The translations under genes were made by a program, and so were the position numbers. A DNA stretch of 63,397 nucleotides, counting the filler, from Octopus bimaculoides (Eukaryota): the NCBI RefSeq assembly GCF_001194135.2. It is 7 parts of 7 records of this genome, joined end to end, with 100 filler letters (N's around TTAATTAATTAA, not from the genome) between each part and the next. Parts side by side here need not be neighbours in the genome. Positions count along the whole stretch, not along the records: positions 1 to 24,625 come from NC_068984.1; positions 24,726 to 28,597 come from NC_069007.1; positions 28,698 to 45,307 come from NC_068983.1; 4 more parts are not named here. One strand, given 5' to 3'. Positions within the stretch are counted from its first letter, which is position 1. The number at the start of each line of letters is the position of its first letter. The notes below the pieces were generated by a model, which ran no database searches, was not told the DNA's origin, and saw nothing but the letters and a program-made list of their open reading frames with translations. Below are positions 24,374-38,759 of the stretch, piece after piece.

Positions 24374-24512
24374 GTCGCTAAAGTGTGTGCTACTTGAGGC
24401 AGCCCTTAATTCTGCAGCCCTCGTCGAACTCCCAATTTTAAACAAGCTTATACAGCAAACCCAAAAACGTCAGCCGGGGCAAACCGCTGGGCTCTGGGTG
24501 CCACGCTGCTAG
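24374..24512 (+). CDS. Candidate terminal exon, unidentified (SLKCVLLEAALNSAALVELPILNKLIQQTQKRQPGQTAGLWVPRC*)
   Basis: Strong acceptor tttactcctttctttag; only one frame is open (45 codons plus TAG). Confidence 0.35.
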
Positions 24513-24584
24513 CTATCAGCTACATAACTATACAATATAACTATACAAGATATACATGGTGTATAAGTAATTGTGTGGAGGGTG

Positions 24585-24625
<41 letters not shown>

Positions 24626-24725
24626 NNNNNNNNNNNNNNNNNNNNNNNNNNNNNNNNNNNNNNNNNNNNTTAATTAATTAANNNNNNNNNNNNNNNNNNN
24701 NNNNNNNNNNNNNNNNNNNNNNNNN
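24626..24725. other. Artificial scaffold-join spacer (44 N + TTAATTAATTAA + 44 N)
   Basis: 12-mer at 24670-24681 puts stops in all six frames; the same spacer recurs at 28642, 45352, 49537, 58208 and 62203. Confidence 0.95.
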
Positions 24726-25917
24726 AAAAGCAGGTGTAATTTTACCATGTACTCATTCTTAGTGTGCGTTTCGAAGAGTGCAGTTCGATTTTAACAGTTA
24801 TTTTTTCAAAGCTATAATGGAAGTGACAAAGGAGCATATTCGGCATATTTTGCTTTATGAGTTCAATAAAGGCAGCAACACAATGGAAAATGCTTGGAAT
24901 ATTAATGCAGTATATGGGAATCAGACAATAAGTGTAAGCCAGTGTCAACGGTGGTGTTTCCAGAAATTCTGAGCTGGAAACTACAGCCTAGAAGATGAGG
25001 CTCATCCTGGAAGATCTGTAAAGCTTGATGAGGATGTCCTGCAAACCTTGGTGGAGCAAAATCCCATTGGATTTGGTCATTCAACCACTTGCATGCCATT
25101 GGAAAAGTCAGTAAATTGGGTCAATGGCTTCATCACAAATTTTCCAAGTATAATCGCTTACAAAGAGTGAATGTGTGCTTTTCTTTGCTGTCATGTCTCA
25201 TGAATGGACCATTTTTGATGAGAAATGTGTTCTCTACAAAAATGTCAAGTGCCGAAGATAGTGGGTAGGGAAAGGAGAAACACCGGCACCCCAGGCTAAA
25301 GAAGGTCTTCACCCACGTAAGGTGTTGTTATCTGTTTNNNNNNNNNNGGCTAAAGAAGGTCTTCACCCACGTAAGGTGTTGTTATCTGTTTGGTGGGATA
25401 TGAAAGGTTTAGTCCACTTTGAACTTTTAAACTCATACCAAATGATAACAAAGGAGATCTACTGCAAGCGGCTTGAGTGGCTTAGGTCAGCGCTAGAAGA
25501 AAAACAACCACCTTTGGTTTCAAGGTTTCAAGAATAAAAGTGTTCTTTCATCTGGATAATGCTTGGCTACATACAGCAAGGATGACATTCCAAATGCTGG
25601 AGCAGTTTGAATGGAAAACGATACCCCACCATCCATATTCAGTGGACATTGCCCCATCTGATTATCATTTATTCTGCAGTCTTCAAAATCATTTGGATAG
25701 AAAAAATATGATTTCTATAGACGAGGTCAGAACAGTACTGGAGGAATATTTTTCATCATGGACTGGAAGAGGGGACTTGCAATTCTACCAGATAAATGGA
25801 AGAACATTGTAGAAAATGAAGGAGAGTATATTTTAGATTAAAAAAGAACTTTATCATAATTTTGAAAAATAAAACAAGTATAAAAAAAACCCACATTATT
25901 TATGGGATGACCCAATA
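24726..25917 (+). mobile_element. Mariner (DD34D) transposon, decayed; right TIR present
   Basis: ATG 24817 MEVTKEHIRHILLYEF; KEGLHPRKVLLSVWWD; FHLDNA...DIAPSDYHLF with 34 residues between the Ds; ends GEYILD*; TIR-like CCACATTATTTATGGGATGACCCAATA then TA; frameshifts and stops. Confidence 0.93.
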
Positions 25918-26029
25918 TAAGAGGTATTCAGACTCTGCATAAGGAGTAGACAACCACCATAGGTAATAGAATAAATAAATATAAACATATGTAAATAATA
26001 TTTTCACATATAAACCCCAACAAGCCACC

Positions 26030-26325
26030 AAACAAACTGACTGCAGCCATGCTGGAGCACTGCCTTTAGTCGAAGAAATCGACCCCAAGACTTATTCTTT
26101 GTAAGCCTAGTACTTATTCTATCGGTCTCTTTTGCCAAACCGCTAAATTACGGAGACATAAACACACCAACATTGGTGTCAAGCGATGATGGTAGGACAA
26201 ACACAGACATTTTTTGGTGTGAGGCTATAGTGGAAGACACTTGCCCAAGGCGTCATGAAGTGGGACTGAACCTGGAACCATCTGGTTGTGAAGGGAGCTA
26301 CTTACCAGAGAGCCACTCCTGTGCC
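26030..26325 (-). mobile_element. Family 2 SINE, CpG-decayed
   Basis: gaagacacttgcccaagg...gggactgaacc...cttacc..agccactcc is the reverse of the family 2 head and core. Confidence 0.8.
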
Positions 26326-27020
26326 TATATATATATATATATATATATATNNNNNNNNNNNNNNNNNNNNNNNNNNNNNNNNNNNNNNNNNNNNNNNNNN
26401 NNNNNNNNNNNNNNNNNNNNNNNNNNNNNNNNNNNNNNNNNNNNNNNNNNNNNNNNNNNNNNNNNNNNNNNNNNNNNNNNNNNNNNNNNNNNNNNNNNNN
26501 NNNNNNNNNNNNNNNNNNNNNNNNNNNNNNNNNNNNNNNNNNNNNNNNNNNNNNNNNNNNNNNNNNNNNNNNNNNNNNNNNNNNNNNNNNNNNNNNNNNN
26601 NNNNNNNNNNNNNNNNNNNNNNNNNNNNNNNNNNNNNNNNNNNNNNNNNNNNNNNNNNNNNNNNNNNNNNNNNNNNNNNNNNNNNNNNNNNNNNNNNNNN
26701 NNNNNNNNNNNNNNNNNNNNNNNNNNNNNNNNNNNNNNNNNNNNNNNNNNNNNNNNNNNNNNNNNNNNNNNNNNNNNNNNNNNNNNNNNNNNNNNNNNNN
26801 NNNNNNNNNNNNNNNNNNNNNNNNNNNNNNNNNNNNNNNNNNNNNNNNNNNNNNNNNNNNNNNNNNNNNNNNNNNNNNNNNNNNNNNNNNNNNNNNNNNN
26901 NNNNNNNNNNNNNNNNNNNNNNNNNNNNNNNNNNATTATTACAGAAAATAATAACGCCACACAGTGGTTATTTTGAGAAGTCCACTGTGTGGCATTATTA
27001 TTTTCTGTAATAATGCCCTT

Positions 27021-27062
<42 letters not shown>

Positions 27063-28292
27063 CACATACTAAAAATCCATATAGAAACACATACACATTA
27101 ACCCTCACAGACAAATACAGAAATATACAAATAAACACAAGATATACAACATCAATGCACATCCCCCACACACACACAAATGTGCACATACACTCACACA
27201 CACAAACACACCTATCAACACAAATGCACAAACAATTCAGATAAAAGATGGAATATGATCCAGCTGCACGATCATCATATCTCCTGCAACAGGTGCAAAT
27301 GTGCACATGTTTCTGTATTAATTGTGTGCAGCTGAACTGCTGTCTGCATCCGGTTGTCAGTAACAACACTTGTAAATAGTAGCTGCATTGTTAAAAAATC
27401 TGCACACGTGCATTAATCATTATCTGTGTATCATATGAAATATGGTGCATTGCACAATATTTCTGGTTTGTTTCTCTTTTCTTCATTGCATCAACATGCG
27501 TACATGTCCACACATGCATGTTAACACGTACATAGAACAGTATGTGTACTTGTGTCATTTGGAAGCTTGCTTCCAAATGATGTGATTTCATGTTCCCTCC
27601 CACTGCATTGCATCTTGAACAAGTTTTTCTACTATAACCCAAAGCCAACCAAAACCTTGTTAATGGATTTGGTAGGTGGAAACTGAAAGAAACTCATTGC
27701 ATATACATATATATAGGCATGGCCATGTGGTAAGAAGCTTGCTTCCCAACCACATGTCCAAGCAGTACAGCATATTGTTTCCAGATTTCTGGCACAGTAA
27801 ATTGTGTCATGGTGCTGTGTTTTTTACAGATGGTGCCCAACTGACCCTTCTATACTCTGTAGTCAACAAAATCAATTTAAATACCTAATTCAACTGAATC
27901 TATATATATATAAATATATATGTGAGAAGAGATGACCACTAAGTGGACATCCTTTACGCTAGAAATCGACCATCAACGGTCAAACCACAAAAGAAAAGAA
28001 TGTTCTCCAGGGAAATTCAAAGACAAATGAAAATATACAAAAATATAAAGAATTAGTCATAGACCAGATTTCGTGCATTAATGTAATTTTTACTTACATA
28101 ACCCATCCGAGGGTCATCATCACGGATATATATATATATATATGAAGACTGTCAGAATAATGGGGATGCCTCTGATGAGAACCTCCATAAGGTTTGAAAG
28201 TCAACTGGTTGTTCATCATTTTTTCACGGTGGTGCACCAGCATGACCGCAGCCACTTGGCTGAAACACATAAATAAATAAATAAATATATAT

Positions 28293-28375
<83 letters not shown>

Positions 28376-29419
28376 ATTTCCTGCTTAACACAAACTTTTA
28401 ACCCTTTTTTTAAAACTAACAAAACTCTCAACTCTCATGCATCCTTATTTTTCCTACCAATTTATACATGAACTACTATTGAACTACAAAAGCTCAAAGA
28501 CAATATAATGTATTGGTATATTTATTTTTTTAATATATTATTGTTTTATATATTATTTTCTTCATTTTGTACTTTTTTGTACTTCTTTGTAAAAAAANNN
28601 NNNNNNNNNNNNNNNNNNNNNNNNNNNNNNNNNNNNNNNNNTTAATTAATTAANNNNNNNNNNNNNNNNNNNNNNNNNNNNNNNNNNNNNNNNNNNNTAT
28701 ATATATATATATATCAGGAGCAATCTTTATATCTCTAGACGGGGAGTTGAATAGATAGGTACAAGTATAAGTCTATGAATAAGACATTCATTTCCAAAAT
28801 ACTTGACTCAGTGATCAAAAGCATTTTACTTTTTATTGGACAAATATTCTCTAGTGAAGCAACTAACTGGCGACTAATGTTTAATTACTAACTGGGAGAG
28901 GGATGTTTCAAGAAATTTCCAATTTTGGCATGTGATAAAATAAAAAGACAGGCTTATTGCATGTTGATAAACCTGGCCTCAATTTCTCCTGTGATTTATT
29001 TGCATGGACTCTTTTCTGGTTACAGATTTGCCTGTTATACTTATATCATTATTTTTATTTTAGTTTCATTGCCTTGAACATTTTGTCGCTTATATTATGC
29101 ATTAATTTTATCTGCATGTTTTTCTCCATTCGACTTCATTCGTATTGACCTTTTGGGTTTTATCACCTTTTATTGGTATATAGCTGAATATTGTATACCA
29201 TTGTATTTCATCATTGGATACCCTGTTGTTCTAATATATACTTATGTTCCGTTTATGATAATATGGAAACTTTATTAAGTGACTTTGACCGATTAGAGCG
29301 TTCATTCCTTATACCTTTCAATTTATTTCTCCTTTCGTCTGAGTGTTACCTGAGCACTTCCGTCTTGAGTCCTATTTCTATTTTTCGGTTAAACGAAATT
29401 ATAAAATTAGCCGTATATA

Positions 29420-29485
<66 letters not shown>

Positions 29486-30134
29486 CAGAGAGAGAGAGAG
29501 AGGGGAGAAAAAGAGAGAGAAAAAGACATGTACACACATACGCGCAAATATGTTGTTTGTGTGTGCTTGTGTTTGTGTGTGTTGTACGCGAAACTTTTGG
29601 TAAATAATAATCTTCAAATATGCATTCATTTTTTGACGCATATTTCTACGCCCTCTCAGAAATCTAACTCTTTAAAAAATTAGATGAGTTTAATTTTATT
29701 AAAGGCAGGGATTGGCCCGCTACATTTTAAGTCACCGTCGTACAAATCTGGTTGGGTAAACAGCTTAATATATATTCGAAAATAGTCCAGTAACGCTTAG
29801 ATTCAAATTCTAAGTTGAATATTATCTTTAGTTATCTGAATGGAAAAGCACGTAAACATGGATATGAGGTAAAAAGATATCTACCTGGAAAGAATTTAAC
29901 GCTTGACATTATTTAGTAATTATTATGAGTCCGCTACATGAAAGAAAAATTGAATAATCTAAAACAACAAAGTGGCAGTAATATAGTTTTGTATAAAACC
30001 TCAAGATATCTACTGGAAATAAATCTTCAATCAAAAACGGTGTAAATGGAAATTCGTATTTAAGCTACGAAATGACATCATTTCTGAAAACAACATATTT
30101 AAGCTAGCTTATGAAAATCTAGAATATGATTCAA

Positions 30135-30550
30135 GGCGTAGATGTGGCTGTGTGGTAAGTAGCTTGCTTAAAAACGACATAGATCCGGGTTCAGTCCCAC
30201 TTCGTGATACCTTGGGCAAGTGTCTTCTGCTACAGCCTCGGGCCGACCAAAACCTTGTGAATGGATTTGGTAGTCGGAAATTGAAAGAAGCCCATCGAAT
30301 ATATGTATATATACATATATATATATGTATGTGTGTGTGTTTGTGCGTCTGTGTTTGTCCCCCAACATCGCTGGACAACCGATGCTGCTGTGTTTACGTC
30401 TCCGTAACGCAGCGGTTCGGCAAAAGAGACCGATATATTAAGTACTAGGTTTACAAAGAATAAGTCCTGGGGTCTATTAGCTCGACTAAAACGGCGGTGC
30501 TGCAGCATGGCCGCAGTCAAATGACTGAAACAAGTAAAAGCGTAAAAGAG
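30135..30550 (+). mobile_element. Family 2 SINE, full length
   Basis: Colinear with 13895-14295, including the internal microsatellite and the gactgaaacaagtaaaag tail. Confidence 0.88.
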
Positions 30551-32479
30551 CAAAAGAGAATATAGAAGTCTAATATTGAAAATCTCTCTATTAATAATAG
30601 AAGAGAAAAAAATGCTTGTGAAGCGAAAACTGGTCGAACTTCAATGTGATTTCTAGAGCACACACAAACACACAACAAACATATAGGTATACATAAAATG
30701 GCAGTTTGAACCGTGAAACAGCCATTGTACTCTACCAGCAATTAGCACGTCAGTAGAGGAAATGAAGGAGACCGAATGCGATAGTGTTAACATGTTAGAA
30801 GTAACTGCAAACTCTTTGAAAGGTATTCTTCCCAAATTGATATTGTTCCATTGCATCATTCATTCCCAGGTTCTCGGCGCCGATCATAATGATATCAAGT
30901 GTACATTTATACATTTTCCCCTACATCGAAACAACATTTACCGAAATACTAATTTCAAATTTTGTCACAAGACCAGCAGTTGTGAGGGAAGGTGCAAATC
31001 GATTACATTAACCCCAATGTTGGGCTGGTACTTATTTTATCGACTCCGAAACGAGGATATGCGATATCAGCCTTGGCTGCATGTGCACTCAGTGCGAATA
31101 GTCGCAAGAATTATCGCCGTTCATTTTGGCTGCTAAATATTCGCCGAAATATAAACATCCTGTTTTTGGACACTCACACCGGTTTAGCATTGTAAAGTAA
31201 GGTTTGCTTCCATGATTTGCTTTCTTTGCATCCATGACTTGCATTCTTCTTTGGATAATTTTGTGTTTTTAGAATTCTTCAAATTCTTTACGCAAGTAAA
31301 GTTGCAACCATCAAACAGAGTATTAACATTAACATATGTATTTGAAGATAGAAGATTAAATTATTTTTCTCAATTTTATTTTCTCGCAGATATTTATAAA
31401 CTTGCTACTAATTTCTGATTCCGAATAAAATCTTTTTCTACTACTTACCGCATTTCGTTGTTATAATTCTATTCCAAACCAGCTCGCATTATAACGTGTT
31501 ATTTTCAGTGAGAAGAAAAAAATGTTCCATGAGTGTTATGAGAACTGAAAACAGGATGGACAGGGCACTATTTTTTTTATAAATAAAATCATTGGAAGTA
31601 TTTGTTAATGCCCAACCGCTTGATGGCGGGAGACACGCGTCTGTCTCAACTTATTTCACTTGAACGTGAATTCGTTTGAACNNNNNNNNNNNNNNNNNNN
31701 NNNNNNNNNNNNNNNNNNNNNNNNNNNNNNNNNNNNNNNNNNNNNNNNNNNNNNNNNNNNNNNNNNNNNNNNNNNNNNNNNNNNNNNNNNNNNNNNNNNN
31801 NNNNNNNNNNNNNNNNNNNNNNNNNNNNNNNNNNNNNNNNNNNNNNNNNNNNNNNNNNNNNNNNNNNNNNNNNNNNNNNNNNNNNNNNNNNNNNNNNNNN
31901 NNNNNNNNNNNNNNNNNNNNNNNNNNNNNNNNNNNNNNNNNNNNNNNNNNNNNNNNNNNNNNNNNNNNNNNNNNNNNNNNNNNNNNNNNNNNNNNNNNNN
32001 NNNNNNNNNNNNNNNNNNNNNNNNNNNNNNNNNNNNNNNNNNNNNNNNNNNNNNNNNNNNNNNNNNNNNNNNNNNNNNNNNNNNNNNNNNNNNNNNNNNN
32101 NNNNNNNNNNNNNNNNNNNNNNNNNNNNNNNNNNNNNNNNNNNNNNNNNNNNNNNNNNNNNNNNNNNNNNNNNNNNNNNNNNNNNNNNNNNNNNNTATAC
32201 ATATATATATATATAATAATAATACAAAAAATATGTGAATGTATGCATATATAAGTACATGTATGCACATACCTACATCTACATGTATATATTGATGCAT
32301 ATCTGGGTACAGGACGTCACAAAAAACGTGGACAAAATGAAAAACAGAACTTAAACAGAGCACAGAAAATAAACAAGCCACATAGAGAAATAATCAACTT
32401 CAGAGTAAATAAAACAAGTGACTTGCAAATTTGAAATTAACATTATATGAAATTTTCACTGGAATGGTCTATGATGAGT

Positions 32480-32770
32480 CCGGTGACCTAACCTTGAGAT
32501 ACGAGTTCGATTATGGGTGGAGAGGTTTGCTCTTGAGCAAGGCATTTTATCTCACGTTGTTCCAGCACGCTCAGCATGTGACAATGAGTTGCACCTGTAC
32601 TTTTAAGGGTCTGTCTTGTCACATTCTATGCCTCACTAAGAATTCCTAAGAACAACATTAAGTGTATGCGTATTCGTGAAGTGTTCAGCAACTTGCGTGT
32701 TCATTTCATGATCAAACTGTTCCCTTAATCGAATCATCTAGAACACTTGTGATAACTGGCGTAGTGCGAG
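32480..32770 (+). mobile_element. Degenerate family 3 SINE
   Basis: gagttcgatt...ctcttgagcaaggcattttatctcacgttgttccag...atttcatgatcaaactgttcc. Confidence 0.7.
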
Positions 32771-33169
32771 CAGTACCAATTTTTCAGAAGTTACAGTTTT
32801 CAAGTGAGTATAGAACATCTTTTTGACGCGTTAATATACGTAACAAAATTGATTTGATTATTATATCCTAAATATTCTGTTTGTTGAATATGTTTTCATA
32901 TTATATATTTGTACACTTTTAAAACAGGAACTAGTATTTCCGAAATAAGAATAATTGGAATGATAAATGAAATATTCATTGTTAAATCTGTTATGTACCT
33001 AAATTCTAATATTAAATTCATATTAGATGTACATAAACAATTATTTGTGTATCTGCTTATGAAGATGTAAATCTAAATTTGAATTTCCTTTTAAAGAATG
33101 TATCTCCCTATACGTTGTAATTAATAATTTTGAATTTTATAAGCTAATTTTCACTACGTCTTCTATCAT

Positions 33170-34500
33170 TTGATACGCTTAGCCTCGAATTCGATGGAGC
33201 AGAGGATCATATGGCGGTAGGTCACCAGAAGAGCGCGATAGAAGCTGGTATTTGTGGCATCCATTAGGGGAGGATCTAGAAATATGAGCTCAGTGCAGTC
33301 TTGTTTTTGGAACATTGCCATCATTAGCGCCTGGCTGGTTGTGGGTCATAAATATCCCTATCCGGAAAGGTAAAGTGACTGCTGTTAAAATGAAAGAACT
33401 CCCACGACTCAGTAAGGTCTTTGCCAAGGTTATTTTGAATAGAGTGCGAAATCATCTGCTTGACTGTCGTGGCCGAAGCAGTCACGGTTCACATCAAACA
33501 GGCCAAGTACTCACAGGTTCCTGGCTCTCCGTGTACCTATGGAACACAACGCTGTAGGAAGGAGTTGCTTGCTGCATGACCTGCATCTCTCTGTGGACAT
33601 AGTTGTATTCTAGAGGAATATGAAGGTGCGAGGTATACCTCCCCGACTGGTTGGATTTTTAGGGGCCTTGTGCACTGAAACCTTAAGCAGAGTTCGAACA
33701 GAGAGCTCAACATATGTTGTCTTCCTAGTTATTTTTGGGCGTGTCATGGTTGTTCATTATTGATGAGATATTTGAAGGAATGGACGCTCGATCAAAAGAT
33801 GGAGCTCTCAATGATGAAACCAGGATTATTGATCCAGCTTTGACTGCTAATGCTGCTATCCTTTTTCCGTCTCTCGATGTAACAAGGAATACTCTAATTT
33901 TACTAAGTGTGGAAGCAGAAACACTTGGACTTAGTGTTTCTTGGCCAATAGAAACAGCCAGTCTTTATTTATTTTACTAGGCAATCCATCTCGTTTGTAT
34001 CTGTTATGGGGGAGAATTTTGATGTCGTTGAGCGCTTCACATAACTTAACAGCGTGATCGATAGCAGCAGCAGCTGCAAGTTTTGCAAGTTTTGAAAAGA
34101 CTGGGGCGTGCCGATGCAGTTGTTGACTTACTGGACATACTTCTTTGCGGCTGCCGTTATTTGAGCACGGATACAAAGGTACTGTCTACAGGTTTGGAGT
34201 CCTTCCTGTCTTGATCTATATTTGCGTGACTTGGATCCTTTTCGTAGGCCTCCAAATCCGCCAAGCAGCTTTTCATACAAAGATTATTCACGGGATTACT
34301 GTCTACGACTAACTGGACATAGAAACTGGGATGTGTCCTGTTGTATGATTCAGGAGCGTCAACTTAGACTGTTTGTTCAATGTTACTTGATTTTCCGATT
34401 TGGATCTATTCGTACAGTGAAGATCCGGCTGAGTGAAAGTTCAAGATGGTCGGTCACATGTTTCATGGTCAAAGAGGATAAGGAAGTATTCTAATGTTAT
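33170..34500 (+). mobile_element. RTE-clade LINE RT remnant, heavily mutated
   Basis: EAGICGI; IPIRKGK; LSKVFAKVILNRVRNHLL; EAETLGLSVSW; ERFT*LNS; these correspond to RTE RT motifs (KAAGICGI, KVFARVILNR, LGLRVSWxKT, RFTYLGS). Confidence 0.8.
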
Positions 34501-35939
34501 GTGAACTGAGTGCAACACTGTTCAGAGGGTTGCTCGAGAAGACTTGAGATCATTCCTACAAACAGTGTATACAGCTACGTGTTGCAAAAGCGCATGCACT
34601 GCACCTGACCTGAATTCCATCTTACAACACTCACCTTTTTGCATAACTGATATGACGGAAGGCAATTGTTAATAAATATGTTGAACACTGCAAAAAAAAA
34701 AACCTTGTAGTGCGAAGTAGCCGTTTTCATTCTTAAAATTTGAGGCACTACCGACACTCTTCAATTTAATGTTCTTTATTGGCGTAAATAAATTGATAGA
34801 AATACATTTGACGAAATCACTAGATATTCCTTCCGTTTTTGGATAACGAGAATAAGTGTATTTGTATAGCTGTAGAGACAATATTTTGGAAAATATGATA
34901 AATACTTTACACATCGTACTGTGAATTTTCAATAATACTTTCCGTTTACAGACGCTAAATTAATTGTATTTTCCCACTGCAATGAAACTCCACAGAAATT
35001 AGATAAATAATTTAATGCCGATGCAAGCGTAACAATTTCTCAATTCGTTTTGATGTTATCCTGCATTTCTGAATTATCTCATTTAGTTTCTTCTCTGTTA
35101 TCACATTAAAGTATTTATGCATCATCTAGAAAAGTTCTGAGATTGTATATTATCAGCTGTAGTTTATATCTCATTCCACTCATTCCTCTTATTTGTAATT
35201 TGATGGAGTAAATTCTCCATTGTCCATTTGCACATTTTAATTCGCATTCTATTATTTATCCATATGAAACTCCATTGTTACGAAATGGAGTAATTACGAG
35301 GTTTTTGAAAACTGACAAAGCTTTATATTTGTATTTGTTATAAAAAAATTAAATATGTCTCATTTCGCTCTCCAATTGCCAAGTGCATCGGCAATTTCTG
35401 CATTTCAAAGAAAATAATTGATCCTAGTTATTGAGTTAAAAAATCTTATAAAAGCGTTACAAAAAACCTACAAGAACTGAAGTACACAATGCTTTAGAGG
35501 TCGCGGTTTATCACTGTGAAAACTATTTTTCGATTAACTAAATATTCCCAAGTGTCTTTCCCTAATAATTCTTCTGAATAGTGTCTTGATAATATTGTAT
35601 AAGTTATCAACAACCATATAAACATTTCATGTAAAAAACAAACACACGGATTTTACACATGATTTTTAAACCGTTTTCTCCCATTATTAATTACCGTAAT
35701 ATATTGACTTATACCTATGCTACGATATAATATGAACTGGCTTAAAAGAAGTATACTAGACTTTCTAACAAATCTTTCGCATGATTGAGATACCTGATTT
35801 CATATCTGAGTTATTCTATATCGCGAACAACTAATCACTCGTATTCGTTTTACTTTTGTAGCTCATAATTTACAATTAACATTCTAGAAGAAACAAACTA
35901 ATAGTATATGTTTCTATTGTGAATACATTCCGAAAATTG

Positions 35940-36890
35940 TTTGGTAATGAAATAGGTTGCCCTGTTCTCCCCTGACCTTGGAAAAATGAAGATGGCCGGC
36001 TACCCTACCCCTTTGGGAGCATAGATATCACCAGCCACTAGGCATTTCGCTCCCAGCTGTTCACATCCAGAAAGACAAATTTCCTCCTGAGTCCAAGGAG
36101 TATGCATTTCGCTGCGCCAGAAACTGTCTGACACAGCTCTTACATCACATCGATGATCTCCTTAAAGCCTTGTGATCAGGTTCGAACTCAACTGTCATAT
36201 ATCTTGATCACAGTAAAGCGTTTGACATAGTCGCTCACAATATCCTACTGTTAAAATTTTCAAATATTGTAATCCATGCATTGCGAATTTTCTGGAGAAC
36301 AGAATAAAACATGTTGTGATCAGTGGAATCCACTCAAGTCCAGCCAATGTCATCAGCGGCGTCCCTCAGTGCCTGTATTGGACTCACTTTTGTTTATAAT
36401 CTATATAAACGACATTTCGGGCGTCACCAAGAACAGCAAAATGAAAATATTCGCCGATGACTCCAAGCTCCAGAAAATTATCAGCGGAGAAGACCGAACT
36501 GAAATCTAATCTGATCTACACGCTGTAAGTCAATGGGCAGATAAAAACAATATGAGACTAAATGGGGGAAATTTCGAACTATGCCAAAACAGCCATACTC
36601 TCTTCCTTCAGGGAAAACACTCACATCATCTAATAATATCAGAGGCCCAGGAGTAATTGTAGATGACAATATCAGGTGGAGTGCCCACATCAACAATAAA
36701 TTCGATATAACACGTAAGATAATCCCCTAGATCCTAAAAGAAATTACATTCCTCTCCAAAGAAACAATGTATCATCATGTCCCTTTTCTTCTCCTTTTTC
36801 TCGCCCACAGCTCCAATACTGCTGCCCCCTGTTGTCCCCGAACACAAAACAAAATATTTCGAAATTTGAATCACATAAGATAAGCCACCT
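35940..36890 (+). mobile_element. CR1/L2-type LINE RT remnant
   Basis: YAFRCARNCLTQLLHHIDDLL; IYLDHSKAFDIVAH; VLDSLLFIIYINDI; KIFADDSKL; stops and frameshifts present. Confidence 0.88.
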
Positions 36891-38311
36891 TATATGTTAT
36901 TACAAATCACTGAACAAGAATTCCCTGCTCAAATTGGGCATGATGCTCCAAAACCTGACATAAAAAAAAGCATTTAGGAAATACTAAAAGATGATGCTAT
37001 TTTGTTAGAATTGGCCTGGGGGCAATCTTTGGTCAAAACATATCAAACTTGTATATATATATATATATATATACGTGTGTGTTTGTATAAATGTTTGTAC
37101 TTATAGACGTATAGGAATGGTGAAATATATTACGCATGTTGCCAAAAACTTCTCATTATGCATTTGATATTTACCGATACTTGTTAAAATATTTCAAGTT
37201 TTACAATAATATATTTAGAGCATGCACATTAATCAGTTTGTTACATTAAGTGTTTGTAGACAAAAATAGCTTCTGAAACATTCATTTACCATTTATAAAC
37301 TAAAAAAGATACAACAAAAAGTGTCTCAATGTTATGTGGAATATCAACACGAGACGACGCGGTAAGCTACATTTTCCCTATGAATTGCAATTGCAGTTTA
37401 TTCAACATATGACAAAATATGATTAAGCATCGCAGAGGTTTTCAGAGAGAAGCCTTAACGATTCAGCAGCAAGGAAAGATGAAGAGTTTTAACGAAATAG
37501 AAAGGAAAAATTGACCGACAAACGAATGCAGTTCGATGAAAACACGTATAAGAACTAAGGTTTCAAGAAAAGAGAGAAATTATGTTTCAAATTGCTTCGA
37601 AATAAGAAGAATAAGAAATTTCACGAAAATGACTTTCTCATGAACGGCGTACGTATTCTTAATATATAATGCCTAGCAATATCGACAAACATGAAAACGC
37701 TTTCTCGTGAAGAGCAACGTAGATAGATTTTTCGAGTAATTGTGGATCAGGATCATAGGGCACGCAAGTGTGTAATCCAAATGGAAAGAAAGAAAGCAAC
37801 AACAAGTTCTGACAAAAGAGACAAGAAGAATATTGAATGTTTCAAATCAGCATGACAACGACAGGTTTCTTGAGACGGCTTTTACTCTAACAAACCTCGG
37901 GCTTAATGGATGTGAAAATATTATGTGAGATAATATTATTTAACGCTGAAATGTTCATAGCACGGTAAAAAAATTACCTTTCCATGAATTTGATATTTGT
38001 TCTTACACTGAATTAATTCATCTGCTGGAAGTAGCAGATTTATCTTTTGAAGTAAATCAATGTTTCATACTTTGTCCACCAGAGGCAAGTTATTTTAAAA
38101 GAAAGGTTACGGGGTTCAACAAAGCTGTAGTCTAAGTATGCATGACAACTGGTTTTGCTAGAGTGGCTGGAGGTCTTTTCACTGCGTAAAGTGCTGTTAC
38201 CATCCGTAATATTTCTTGTGCAATAATCTGAGCTAACAACATACATATATACATACATACATATATACATACATGCATACATACATGTGTGTATATGTAT
38301 GTATGCATGTG

Positions 38312-38344
<33 letters not shown>

Positions 38345-38759
38345 NNNNNNNNNNNNNNNNNNNNNNNNNNNNNNNNNNNNNNNNNNNNNNNNNNNNNNNN
38401 NNNNNNNNNNNNNNNNNNNNNNNNNNNNNNNNNNNNNNNNNNNNNNNNNNNNNNNNNNNNNNNNNNNNNNNNNNNNNNNNNNNNNNNNNNNNNNNNNNNN
38501 NNNNNNNNNNNNNNNNNNNNNNNNNNNNNNNNNNNNNNNNNNNNNNNNNNNNNNNNNNNNNNNNNNNNNNNNNNNNNNNNNNNNNNNNNNNNNNNNNNNN
38601 NNNNNNNNNNNNNNNNNNNNNNNNNNNNNNNNNNNNNNNNNNNNNNNNNNNNNNNNNNNNNNNNNNNNNNNNNNNNNNNNNNNNNNNNNNNNNNNNNNNN
38701 NNNNNNNNNNNNNNNNNNNNNNATACTACATATGCTATCAGTTCATGACTGTTAAATGA

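Noticed and set aside
25290-25397. Direct duplication of GGCTAAAGAAGGTCTTCACCCACGTAAGGTGTTGTTATCTGTTT inside the mariner
   Set aside because: The copies flank a 10-N gap, so this is most likely an unmerged contig overlap
28950-29400. Possible second decayed GIY-YIG element on the minus strand
   Set aside because: Only a vague YIRTTG similarity; not supportable by eye
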